From positions 15,927,006-15,991,005 of the forward strand of contig NC_057749.1 in NCBI RefSeq assembly GCF_004010195.1: DNA of 64,000 bases, given 5' to 3'. Shown here in pieces: positions 1-11,646 of the stretch (positions within the stretch are counted from its first letter, which is position 1; every line of letters starts with the position of its first letter). The position numbers and the translations under genes were made by a program. The notes below the pieces were generated by a model that was given only the letters and a program-made list of their open reading frames with translations, was not told the DNA's origin and did no database searches. Source of the DNA: Chiloscyllium plagiosum. Taxonomy: Eukaryota.

Positions 1-387
1 AAGCCAACGTACCCCTCATTGCATTAGAGCCAGTCTCAATACCAGAAATGTGGCTGTTTGTGCTACGTTCCCCTTAGAATCCATCACCCCCTACATTTTC
101 CAAAACAGCATACCTGTTTGAAATGGGTATATCCACAAAAGATTCCTACTGTAGCTGCCTACTTCTCTTACCCTTCCTGGACTGTATCTGAGACTTTCCC
201 CCCTTCCTCTAACTGCCATCCATCACATACTGTTGCTGTTGCAAATTCCTCATCGCTTCTATCTGTCTCTCCAACCGATCCACTCGATCTGATAAGATTC
301 GCAACCAACAGCATTTATGGCAGATATAATCTGCAGTAGCCCTTAAACTCTCTTTAAACTCCCACATCTGACAAGAAGTACATATCA
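1..387 (-). mobile_element. CR1 LINE ORF1 N-terminal fragment (degenerate)
   Basis: Minus-strand translation ICTSCQMWE...YICHKCCWLRILSDRVDRLERQIE (Cys motif plus coiled coil), then PISNRYAVLE. This is typical of the CR1 ORF1 N-terminus. Confidence 0.7.
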
Positions 388-810
388 CTGGGGCTGTTTT
401 CCCTGGAGTGTCGGAGGCTGATGGGTGACCTTATAAAGGTTTATAAAATCATGAGGGGCATGGATAGGGTAAATAGACAAAGTCTTTTCCTTGGGGCAAG
501 GGTCCAGAACTAGAGGGCATAGGTTTAGGTTGAGAGGGGAAAGATATAAAATGGTCCTAAGGGGCAACTTATTCATGCAGAGGATGGCATGTGTATGCAA
601 TGAGCTGCCAGAGGAAGTAGTGGTGGCTGGTACAATTGCAACATTTAAAAGGCATCTGGATGGGTATATGAATAGGAAGGGTTTAGAATGGGCCGGGTGC
701 TGGCAGGTGGGACTAGATTGGGTTGGTATATCTGGTCGGTATGGACGAGTTGGACCGAAGGGTCTGTTTCTGTGCTGTACATCTCTATATCTCTATGACT
801 CTATGACTCT
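388..810 (+). mobile_element. CR1 (HER1-like) LINE 3' end
   Basis: LGLFSLE-RRL-GDLI-VYKIM...RTRGHRF...NELPEEVV-AGTIATFKRHLD, followed by a (ctctatga)n tail. Confidence 0.9.
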
Positions 811-1170
811 AAATGTTGCAATTGTACCAGCCTCCATCACATCCTCTGGCAGCTCATTCCATACACGTACCACCCTCTGTGTGAAAAAGTTGTCCCTTAG
901 GTCCCTTTTATATCTTTCCCCTCTCCACCCTAAACTATACCCTCTAGTTCTGGACTCCTCAACTCAGAGAAAAGTCCTTGCCTATTTATCCTATCCATGT
1001 CCCTCATGCTTTTGTAAACCTCTATAAGGTCAATCTTCAGCCTCCGAAGCTCCAGGAAAAACAGCTCCAGCCTGTTCAGCCTCTCCCTATAGCTCAAATC
1101 CCCCAACCCTGGCAACATCCTTGTAAATCTTTTCTGAACCCTTTCAAGTTTCCCAACATCTTTCCAATAG
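811..1170 (-). mobile_element. CR1 (HER1-like) LINE ORF2 3' fragment
   Basis: KDVGKLERVQKRFTRMLPGL...LSYRERLNRLELF on the minus strand. Confidence 0.9.
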
Positions 1171-1589
1171 CATAATCTGGTTCTGGTCACCGCTCTTTAG
1201 GAGGAGGAATGGTTGTCCTCGAGAGGGGATTGGAGGACATTTCCCAGCTTCCAGGAATTGTTGAGGGGTGGGGGAGACCGTTATTGATGAGATTACATTG
1301 GAGAAGGTGGGTCTGTTCTCCTTGGGGATTGTGGGAGGTTTAGTCGAGGTATCGAGGTTTAAACCCAGTCTGCTTATGGCAATTACAAGGACTGGGCTGG
1401 GGTGTGAGGAGGGGTTGGGGGGTGTTCACTGGTTTAAAGCTGGAGGAGCCAAATCAGGAGAATAATCTTTTTCACTGGGGAGCGACATGATCTAGAAGTT
1501 GATGGTTTTGGAAGTGGTGTCAATCGGTGATTTAAAAGGGAATTGGATGGTCACTTGAGGGGAATAAACTTGCAGGCAGCAAGGGTCGA

Positions 1590-2370
1590 GTTATAGAGTT
1601 TTCTAGCCCCATGCCCATTGAGTCCATGCCAGTCATCAAGCACCTATCTCCTCTAGTCCCATTCGCCATCACCTGGTATGGAGCCTCAATGCCCTGGAGC
1701 TTCTCAGGTTTATCTGAACATGTCTGAAACATTGTGATCATTCCTGCCCTGACCACTCTTTCAGGCAGCGAGTTCCAGATTCCCACTACCCTCTGGATGA
1801 AAATATTCTTCCTTCAATCTACTCTAACCCTCTAGCCTTTTACCTTAGATCTATGTCCCCTGATTATTGACCCCTCTACAAAAGGAGAAAACTTTCTTTG
1901 TATTTGCCCTGTCTGTGTCCATCATGATTTGCTAACACCTCAATCAGATTCGCTTTCTCTGCTCTAAGGAAAACAACTCCAGCCTATCTCGTCTCCTCCT
2001 CATAGCAAAACTGCTCCAGATTCTGGTGAATCTCCTCTGCACCCCATCCAGGGCAATTACATCCTTCCTCTAGTGTGGTGACCAGACTCAATATTCCTAA
2101 TATTAGGGCCATAACTCTGGATCCCATTAGGTCTTAGCTTCTTGGCCAGTGTCCCATGTGAGGTCTTGTCAATAGACTTATTGAAATCCATGTAGACAAC
2201 ATCAACTGCAGTCCCCTCACCCACACATCTAGTCACCTCCTTAAAAACTCACCCAAACCTGTCAGATATGATTTCCCCCTGAGAAAGCCATGCTGAGTGT
2301 CCTTGATGAACCCCTGTTTCTCCAAGTGGAGGTTAATTCTGTCCCTCAGAGGTTTTTTTTCCAATAGTTT
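1590..2370 (-). mobile_element. Older CR1 LINE fragments
   Basis: WNSLPERVV motif and a CR1-type 3' region on the minus strand; degenerate. Confidence 0.6.
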
Positions 2371-2873
2371 CCCTATCACACACAAGCAGAGCAGGGGAAT
2401 GGTGCAGTCTGGCTTACTCTATAGCTGGTCATCCGAGGTGGGTGTCAGGACCCCCAAATGTGATTGGAAGCTGCAATTTTGGGTTGGTGAGCTCAATGGC
2501 TTCCCCTTGCCCCCCTAAACAATCACCCCCTAATCTCTCTGGTCTTCTCCCCCAGACCCCCACCACACGCCCTCAGAAGAAGCAACATTTCAAATCTCAA
2601 AAATGGGTCACAGTAGGAAAATGTTTAGGAAGTACTGCTCTGCAGAGGTTTGTGTAGTTATGATGGGCTGAATGGCCTCTTCCAGTACAATAAACGACTC
2701 TGTGAAGTAAACGGACAAGGAGATGATTTTTGTGAACGGTGTATAACAATAGAGGCCATTTACACTGAATGGCCTCATTCTGTACAATCGAACATAACAC
2801 ATAATCTAGATTTCACAGTAACACAGAGAGAGTGCTGCATTGACAGAGACGGCATTGGAATGGATTAAGCTCA

Positions 2874-3283
2874 GATAGAGTCATAGAGTCAGGTAGCATG
2901 GAAACAGTCCCTTTAGCCCAACAAGTCCACACCTTCCGCTGAGGAGTAACTCCCCAGACCAAATTCCCCTACCCCATATTTACGCCTGACTAATGCACCT
3001 AACCTACGCATCCCTGGACATTACGGGCAATTTAGCGTGGCCAATTCACCTGACCTACACATAGAGTCATAGAGATGTACAGCATGGAAACAGACCCTTC
3101 GGTCCAACCCGTCCATGCATCTTTTCCCTCTCACCCTAAACCTATGCCCTCTAGTTCTGGACTCCCCCACCCCAGGGAAGAGACTTTGCCTATTTATCCC
3201 ATCCATGCCCCTCTATAAGGTCACTCCTCAGCCTCTGATGCTCCAGGGAAAACAGCCCCAGCCTGTTCAACCTCTCCCTGTAG
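2874..3283 (-). mobile_element. 3' part of an HE1 SINE abutting an internally deleted CR1 3' end
   Basis: gggcaatttagcgtggccaattcacctgacct (HE1 core, reversed), then atagagtcatagagatgtacagcatggaaacagacc (CR1 tail, reversed). Confidence 0.75.
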
Positions 3284-4299
3284 CATCTCAACAAAATTGG
3301 TGGGTGAGTGTGCTTTGGGACACATGCAGTTGTGAGCGGTGCTATATAAATGCACTTACATTTGACCTGGCTTGTTCCCCAACAGTTGGTGTCAGGGAGC
3401 TATTCAGAAAGCCCCTTCTCCCAGTCCAGCCTCAGGTGAGGAAGCATGGACCATCCCAGGTTAGATGGTCAGTTCAGTAACAAGGTGTGGACAGTGTTGG
3501 CTGACATTCTGTAAATGAATTGGTGTAATTTATTAAGCTTTTCCAATCGTCAAAACAAAAATCTGAAAATCTGGCCCTAGTCCTTTCTGTGAAACGCATC
3601 TGGTGGGCGAAAATGAAATGTTAGTGAGGCAGCTTTTCGACATTTAGCTGACGCTACTCAGCTGAAATCCAGTGTTAAATGTAATATATTTTTGGCCTAA
3701 CACTTTAATGAATAGTTAGGTAAACACGTGCAGGTGCCAGGGCTGACAAATGTAAGACTTGGAGGATTCATTATCTCTTAATATTGGAACCCTTTTATAG
3801 TGGAGGCTAGTAATTTGCATATTAATTAGACAGTGCTAGAGATTCATTCAGTCTCTCACCCAGACGTCTGTCTGAGAGAATCTAAAGAACTCAACCAGGC
3901 CATTGGACTCACTAGGGATTCTCCTAGTGTTTAAATTCCACTTGATCCTCGCTCCTGCTTTTCTCCACCTCACTCTCCCACACAATCCTCCATTCCCTTT
4001 CTCCCTCAAACATGTATTGATCATTGCACATAGTTCTATATTGTGCTCATCAGTATTCTCTGCAGTAGTGAGCTCTGCTTTCTGAGTCAAGAACTCTCTG
4101 TGAATTCACTGTTGGATTTATTAATGACCGTCTTATACTCAGGGCCCGTGCTTCAAGTCAGTCAAGATTTAGAAGCAATTTGCTCTGCAAACAACAGCAG
4201 CTTATATTTTTGGAGTAAAGTACTGCAGATGCTGGAATCTGTACTGAAAAGAACAAATGCTGAAAATCACAGCAGGTCAGACACATCCACGCAGAGATG

Positions 4300-4410
4300 A
4301 TTTGGAGATGCCGGTGTTGGACTGGGGTGTACAAAGTTAAAAATCACACAACACCAGGTTATAGTCCAACAGGTTTAATTGGAAGCACTAGCTCCTTCAT
4401 CAAGTGGCTG
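4300..4410 (-). mobile_element. Penelope-related family 3 terminal fragment
   Basis: Same sequence as the arms at 11300-11465 and 43937-44062 (aaaatcacacaacaccaggttatagtccaacaggttt). Confidence 0.6.
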
Positions 4411-5512
4411 CCCGTGGTCATCATTCGATTATTAATTCCAGATTTTTATTGAATTCAATTCCTACCATCTGCCATGGTGAGATTTGAACACAGGTCCCTG
4501 GAACATTACCCAGATTAACAGTCCAGCAATAATACCACTTGGCCACCATTACCTCCCTTTGGGAATTGATGAGTTTACACAACAATTGCTGGTGATTGCA
4601 TGGCCACCTTTATGAAACTAGCAACCAATTCCAGATTTTCTTAGATAACTTGTAATTCCACTTTTTTGGGATTTGAACTCATGACCCCCAAGGAGCCTCT
4701 AGATTAGTGGGCCAGTGACACTACTACTATACCACAATACCCTCTATGCATTGAACTCTGCAGCAAGGGCACTGTGGAGCCCAAGCAGGAGAATTCATAA
4801 ACCACTTCCAAGAGAAGTGGTTCCACCTGTACCCTTCCTCAGCAGAAAGGAGGGATCTGAAGGGTACAGGTAGAGAGGACATTTCCCCCTTATGGGAGAG
4901 TCCAGAACTAGGGTCACTGTTTAAAAGTAAAGGGCCACCCATTTAGGAGAGATGAGGCAAAACACCTTTTCTTGAGGACCGGGACACTTGGTCGTAGTTA
5001 TAGTCCTTTTTCACTGAGTCTGTGTCCACTGGGCTTCAGAACACGAGGCCACGCTGTGTGCACACACTAGCCTCTGTTCCAACTTGCCTCCAGGGCACAT
5101 TCCCCTGCTCCAGCCCCACACTCGCTCTGCTTCCGCTCCAGGCTCCAGACATAAGGTTATCATCTGATTAGCCATGGTCTTATTGAATGGCAGAGCAGGG
5201 TTGAAAGGGCGAATGGCCTGCTCCTGCTGTATATTTGAGTGAGTTGCTGATGAAAGAGATTGTCACCGCCCCTCTGGTTTATTTTCCCTCCTCACTGTTG
5301 GTGGTCACTTCATTGTGAAGCTCAGTGTCAGATTTCACTCTGTAACGTGCGATCTGTTGAAAAGATTTCTGAAATCACAGATATTTTTCCCACAGAACCC
5401 ATCAACATCAAAAACAAACCCGAAATCGGGCAGTGCACCCCTGTCCTCGAAATACCGGGCGCAATCAAATGGGTAAAATAACACTCATGGTTCCAACATT
5501 CCTATTGTTTAC

Positions 5513-5630
5513 AAAAACAGAAGTTGCTGGAAAAGCTCAGCAGGTCTGGCTGCATCTGTTGGAGAGAAATCAGAGTTAGTATTTCAGGTCCAGTGACACT
5601 GCTGAGCTTTTCCAGCAATTTCTGTTTTTG
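5513..5630. repeat. Short inverted repeat derived from Penelope-related family 4
   Basis: aaaaacagaagttgctggaaaagctcagcag ... ctgctgagcttttccagcaatttctgttttt; related to the arms at 7951-8130. Confidence 0.65.
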
Positions 5631-6261
5631 TTTCTGGTTTTTGTTCTTTTGATTTTATTCCTGTTGTATATTTATCTACGTTGAGGCAGTCACAGAGCAA
5701 TAGATACACAAACAAACCTTCAGCCCGCCCAGGCAATGAGTGGCGTAAGGGGAATCCTTTATTGCCTTTATCCCCTGGAGGGAAGACCCAGTGATACCTG
5801 GAAATGGTTGCACTGGAGGTTCATTTCGATGTACACAAGACAGGTCGAACCAGTACAGCTCACCAGGTTAATTGGTTTGTCTTTCAGAACCTGTTGTTGA
5901 GTGATGCACATTATTTGTTTAACAAAGCGATTCTCACATTTCCCCCACCCTCTATGCTGCTTCTTTGGAACTCCTGATTAGATTTCTTCTCTGACAGAAT
6001 CTAATTACGCTCTTGCCGGTCAGAGGAAGCATTCTCCCTGTTACAAAACTTGTTGCGAGGAGTCTGTGGTAAGCGACGGGGCTGCTTTTCCCGAGTTTGT
6101 GTTGTGGAAAGCCCATTTATTGGACTTAACATCCCCAAACGACATGTAGAGCAGGCGGTGGAGGACTCCTGTGGCTGAGGATCGAGAGGAGCCAGGCCAA
6201 GGGCTGCTTTAGGGCCCTGGAAATCAAGGCCTGTTGAAGTGGTTTTGCATTGAGTAGAGGG

Positions 6262-6275
6262 GTTACTATGGCAAC
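6262..6275. promoter_or_regulatory. RFX X-box motif GTTACTATGGCAAC
   Basis: Matches the X-box palindrome consensus; motif match only. Confidence 0.4.
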
Positions 6276-6947
6276 GGTTTTTGAGATGCAGTTTGGGACA
6301 TGCCTTGGAAAGAAAATAAGGTGCTTTCGGCTGTTCTAATTCAAACGGTTAGTTCATGGTTAAAAAAAACCCCTTGAGCTCTGAATTTCAATCTGGTTGT
6401 CATGACGAGCAATGCACTCTTTCCCCTTAGTAACAATAACTAACGTCAAGTTAATGAGGCAGCATTCCTTTGGAGATACTATCACAGGCAAGGCAACTGG
6501 TAACTCCAGGATTCACCTTGTCATCTAAATGGGAAGGATTTGGATGGTTCAGAGATAGCATGAAGCCGGCCCGGACCAAGGCAGTCCCCCAGACGTTCTG
6601 AGCTAATGCTTCAAAAGAACATTGAAGAATATGAGGATTTGGAGAAAGAGTAGGTCATTCAGCCCATCAAGCCTAACCCCTCATTCAATAAGGTCAACCA
6701 TGATCTCATTGAAGGGCAGACCAGACACAATGGGCTGAACGATCAACTTCTGCTTTTGTGTCTTATGGCCAGTCTGTGGCTTCAACTCCACTTTCAGTCC
6801 ACTCCCCGTCTATCAATCTTGAAAAAACCAAATGTCTGTGGGTCCCAGTTTTAAATGTATCCAACAATGGAGCGTCTGTAACATTGAGGATTGGAAAGAT
6901 TCACAATCTTTTCCTAAGGATAAAGACCATCTGCTGTAAAGGGGTGG

Positions 6948-7127
6948 ATGTGTGTGTGTGTGTGTATCTCTATGTGTGTGCGCGTATATGTGTGTGCGTC
7001 TCTGTGTATGTGTGATAAGTGTGTGTGTGTCTGCACATGTATGTGTGCCACACTCATGTGTGTGTGTCTGTGTGCGCGCATGTGTGTATGTGTCTGTGCG
7101 TCTGTATGAGCCTGTGTGTATGTGTGT
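6948..7127. repeat. Degenerate (TG)n microsatellite
   Basis: Directly visible. Confidence 0.95.
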
Positions 7128-7715
7128 CAGGAAGACAGTGTAAATCACAGAGTGGGAAGGTTGTTAATTGGAGGGGTGGGGGGTGGGAGTGGATGTGGCG
7201 GTGAATGCGGTGGGGTGTGGAGGATGGGATTAGGTGTTAATTGAAGTGCCAACACACCACCACTTGTTTTACAACTCTCCGTTTGCAAATTTCAAACCTG
7301 GTCTGTTTCTGGTCAGAAGTTAATCTTTTTCAACGGACTGCAAAAATGAAATGAGGACACTCACAGCAATCTATAGAAATAGACCTCAGATAAATAATGG
7401 ATTTACTGTAATGGAGTAGAAACAGTGAATCCTAACTCCCTGGGAACTATCAGGATGGGGGTGGGGAGAAAATTGTTGCTGAGATTCTCCACAATCAGCA
7501 TCATCTGTCAAAATATTTCACTTCATTTTAATTTGCTGAACAAAGACCATCTTGATGAAAATTTATGGAAATTGGCTCCTTTTTAATTGAGTACACATCT
7601 CCGTAATTCTGCTGGGCTGTGAATTCCCACCATGTGCCGTTTTGTACATTTTTATTAAATCCAAGGCTGAATCCTTTTTTTTTAAATAACAGGTCTGGTT
7701 CCAGCAGCTAAACAG

Positions 7716-7729
7716 GTTTCCATGGCAAC
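7716..7729. promoter_or_regulatory. RFX X-box motif GTTTCCATGGCAAC
   Basis: Matches the X-box palindrome consensus; motif match only. Confidence 0.4.
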
Positions 7730-7949
7730 TTCACATCTTTCTGTATCCACAGCAAGGCTTCTCTGCACGGTAGGCCCAAAGCAGACAGGTAGATTGATTT
7801 CAGTAAAGTGTGGTTTGAGGTCTCCGTTTTTTAAATTCTTCAGCTTTCGGGAATTCCCCATTTTGTCAAGATTTAAGACGTGGAAACTCACTTGTATCAC
7901 CTTGTCTGTCATTTCTGCACACCCACAGTTGCCAAGCAACAATGGTATT

Positions 7950-8167
7950 AAGCTGAAAATGTGTTGCTGGAAAAGCGCAGCAAGTCAGGCAGCATCCAAG
8001 GAACAGGAGAATCAACATTTTGGGCATAAGCCCTTCTTCCTGAAGAAGGGCTTATGCCCGAAACGTCGGTTCTCCTGTTCCTTGGATGCTGCCTGACCTG
8101 CTGTGCTTTTCCAGCAACACATTTTCAGCTCTGATCTCCAGCATCTGCAGTTCTCACTTTCTCCTCG
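7950..8167. mobile_element. Palindromic Penelope-related insertion (family 4) with hammerhead motif and 12-bp TSD
   Basis: 89-bp inverted arms at 7951-8039 and 8042-8130. TSD aacaatggtatt at 7938-7949 and 8168-8179. Confidence 0.8.
8038..8069 (+). ncRNA. Minimal type I hammerhead ribozyme motif (family 4)
   Basis: CTGAAGA-a-gggc(ttat)gccc-GAAACGTC. Stem I is weak in this copy. Confidence 0.6.
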
Positions 8168-9350
8168 AACAATGGTATTGAGGCAAGGAGAGACAGCAGT
8201 GAGAAAGCTACAATCAGTCACCACACCCTCAACAGAAGGGCAACAATGAAAGGATCCTTCCTCCTGAATAAATGACTGAACATGAAACTGACCAAAGGAT
8301 GCTCAGCTGTAATTAAAATGGAACAGAATGTGGTGGTGGAAACTGAAGATGCAAATGCTGTGATGAAGTTGGCCCCTTGCTTTTTAAATCCATGAGGGTT
8401 TCTGCTCCTGCACTTGCCCCTCCCCATGCTCTCCTGAAGCCCCATTCTAGTCCTATGGAACTGATAGGCCTTATACCTTACCCCTCTCCAGCCTTCCCCA
8501 CAAGAACTGGCTATCTGACCGACGGTCCATGCCAGTGTTGGTACCCCACGTGAATCTCCCCCACCCAGTTACCCTGACTCCCCCTCATCTCACCCCATTA
8601 TCATATTGTTTGATCCTCCAAAACTGATCCACCGTCCCAGAAAAAGTATCTCCACCTGTACCGCTCCTCGACCACTCCCTGTGGGAGCTTGTCTCACATT
8701 CCCACCACTTCCTGGGGAAAGAGGTTTCTCCTGAATTGCCAAATGGATTATCTTACATTAGGCCCTGTCTCCTCAGCGCTGGTGTTACCTACAAGTGAAG
8801 ATGTCTTCTCTATGTCTCCTGTATTCAATTCTTTACTGACCTTAAAGAATTCTAGCAGATCACCCCTCACTCATAACCCTAACACATCTCTCTGTTCCAG
8901 AGGAAAGTGCCACAGCTAGTTCAACCTCAGCTTTGGCATCATTCCACACGTGGAATCTTCATCACAGAATGTCGGCAGGTTAATCGACTGTAGGAAGCAA
9001 CACCCCAAGCTCTTGTGCACCAGAACTGCACAGCAACAGGAGCAGCTGCTGTGCTCAAGGTCTTACCACACAAGGAGTGGTAAAGGCTAACTGCTGCCCC
9101 AGCCAGGACCTTCCGATCAGAGTGACCCACAATGCTGCAACGGGGTGGGGGGGGTGGTGGTGTTCCTCATGAGATTTGGGGGAGAGATTTATGACAGACT
9201 TGCTGCCCCTCAAGTCCCTTTGGGGAGTTGCATTGAACATTAAGCACTAAGACTGAGAGAAGGAAGGAGGAGTACAGAAGCAAGCTGGTCTTTTTCAATT
9301 CCTGGTGCAGGGAAGGTGCAAAGTTCCAACCAGAAGTACCCATACAGTTA

Positions 9351-9720
9351 GGGTGGCACAGTGGTTAGCACTACTACCTCACAGTGTCGGGAACCTAGGT
9401 TCGATTCCAACCCAGGTTCTATTCCGACCGGGTTTGGACAACTGTCTGTGTGGAGTTTGCACATTCCCCCTGTGTCTGTGTGGGTTTCCTCCAGGTGCTC
9501 CGGTTTCCTCCCACAATCCAAAGATGTGCAGATCAGGTGAATTGGCCATGCTAAATTGCCCATAGTGCTCAGGGATGTGAGGGTTAGGTGTATTAGTCAG
9601 TGTAAATGGAAAGTAATAGGGTAGGAGGAATGGGTCTGGGTGGGTTACTCTTCAGAGGGTCAATGTAGACTTGTTGGACCAAATAGCCTACTTCCACACT
9701 TAAGGCATTCTATAATTCTA
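9351..9720 (+). mobile_element. HE1 (V-SINE) tRNA-derived SINE
   Basis: ggtggcacagtggttagcact (A box), ggttcgattcc (B box), V-core tgtgtggagtttgcacattc...gggtttcctcc, and a CR1-shared tail. Confidence 0.9.
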
Positions 9721-10239
9721 AAACACAAGAGAATTTGCTTTGTCCAATTTCTGGACACTGCAGCTACCCACAAAAACCCAAACATGACTGACTGTATCTA
9801 ATTTGAAACATGTCTCTTTAAAAACTTGCTAAAGACAGTCAGTGTGCATCTCACATTAATCTGGTTCATTTCCCCAAAATGCACAGTCTCACACCCTCTC
9901 AACCATGAGATAAATACTTGGAGAGACAGCGATCATTTCCAAAAGCACTAACTGTTCGCATTCTGCAGATCAGGTTTGGCCCAGTTTTTTCTGCTTTAAC
10001 TGCAGTTGGAAGCTTGGTTGTTGGCATGCAGTTAAATCGAAGCCACAGAAATAGAAAGCTGCTAGTTCTGCCCCCATTTTCGATTCTCTGCTGAAATGCT
10101 GCCTTTCTGATAAAGCTCTATAACTGGAGTATTGCCTTTCAAAGGAGGGGACAATTACTAGAGAACACACGACCTGCTGTGTCAGCCTTACTCCTGTAAC
10201 CTCTCAACATCTCAGTGTGCTTTACACCCAATGACACAC

Positions 10240-10455
10240 ATTTCCAATCGCAAGCTCCCACACAGGGTAATGTGACAGTGACCAAGAAATGTGTCCTTTT
10301 TTCGGTGTGAGGTTGATCGAACGATTAACATTGGCCAAGACACCAGAAGCATTCCCCTGTCCTTCCTCCAATCATCGTTCCCCAGAGGATCGTTAACACC
10401 TGCTGAGAACAGAGGCACCAGCTGCTGAGGCAGTGCAGTACTGAACCTCCAACAG
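10240..10455 (-). mobile_element. Old SINE fragment (Deu/SacSINE-like family) hosting the minisatellite
   Basis: Similar to copies at about 16010-16140, 42780-43140 and 54370-54950 (attggccaagacaccagaagcattcccctgtccttc). The family name is inferred. Confidence 0.5.
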
Positions 10456-10860
10456 CGCAGTGCAGACCCACCGGCAGTGCGGCGCTCCCTCGGTACTGAC
10501 CCTCCGACAGTGCGGCGCTCCCTCGGCACTGACCCTCCGGCAGAGCGGCGCTCCCTCGGCACTGACCCTCCGGCAGAGCGGCGCTCCCTCGGCACTGACC
10601 CTCCGGCAGTGCGGCGCTCCCTCGGCACTGACACTCCGACAGTGCGGCGCTCCCTCGGCACTGACCCTCCGGCAGAGCGGCGCTCCCTCGGCATTGACCC
10701 TCTGACAGAGCGGCGCTCCCTCGGCACTGACCCTCCGACAGTGTGCGCTCCCTCGGCACTGACCCTCTGACAGTGCGGCGCTCCCTCCACACTGGCCCTC
10801 CGACAGTGCCCACTTCCTCAGCGCTGACCCTCCCACAGTGCGGCACTGCCTCAGCACTGC
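10455..10860. repeat. 33-bp GC-rich minisatellite, about 12 units (cagtgcggcgctccctcggcactgaccctccgr)
   Basis: Directly visible; gives 11-aa periodicity in the overlapping ORF translations. Confidence 0.95.
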
Positions 10861-11299
10861 AAGGTGAGCCCTGCAGATTTGAACCTTGGGCAAGGCCAGG
10901 CTCTGCTGAGCCACCAAAGACTTCTCCCAAATAACCTTCCATATAAACGGTGATACTGTTGAAGCGTCAAATGACAGCTAACCCCCTCAGAACGTTTTTT
11001 ATTGAACCTATTTTTCCTAATCAATCTGCTCAGAAATGTCATTACACACCTCTGGCTCTATTGTTCTAGGGGTAGGCCCAGCTCTGCTGCAAGTGGGCAG
11101 GGAGTAATCTCTGGGGGTAGGACAGACAGGCTCTGATACTCTGGTCCAGGATTACTGAGAGACACCAGCCACTGGTTAATTGTGTTAGGGACAGTTTGTG
11201 AAGCAGGTTAGCAATTTAATAACGTTAACCAGGATGGCAGCCTCTGACAGAAGCTGCTGTGGAGTGGGCACTGGAATTCCGAGATTTTAGAAAATCTTA

Positions 11300-11465
11300 G
11301 TTTAAAATCTCACAACACCAGTTTATAGACCAACAGGTTTATTTGGAAGCACTAGCTCCTTCCTCAGGTAGTTGTGGAACACCTGATGAAGGAGCAGCGT
11401 TCTGAAAGCTAGTGCTTCCAAATAAACCTGTTGGACCATAGTTTGGCATTGTGTGATTTTTAACT
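11300..11465. mobile_element. Palindromic Penelope-related element (family 3)
   Basis: Arms ttaaaatctcacaacaccag...ggaagcactagct and agctagtgcttccaaataaacctgttgg...gtgtgatttttaa. Confidence 0.7.
11380..11414 (+). ncRNA. Minimal type I hammerhead ribozyme motif (family 3)
   Basis: cac-CTGATGA-a-ggagc(agc)gttct-GAAAGCTA-gtg, with stem I cac/gtg. Confidence 0.6.
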
Positions 11466-11646
11466 TGGAACAGGATCATAAGACACAGAATTTGTAGCAA
11501 AAGACTATTGTGTCATGCAACTGAAACTGAAACTTTAGAAAATCTGGCAGTGGAAAGGAGATGAGGACAGTTTCTAGGAGCCAAAGTTTGTAACTCAGGT
11601 TGAGGTTTAGGGTGTAGGTTTGCTAGCTGAGCTGTAGATTTGATAT

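Noticed and set aside
6758..7204. CV/HT-rich ORFs
   Set aside because: They are translations of a (TG)n tract.
10212..10942. Long overlapping ORFs (up to 205 aa) and a CRISPR-like periodic look
   Set aside because: This is a head-to-tail 33-bp minisatellite with no unique spacers and no cas genes, in a vertebrate context. The ORFs are open only because the unit lacks stops.
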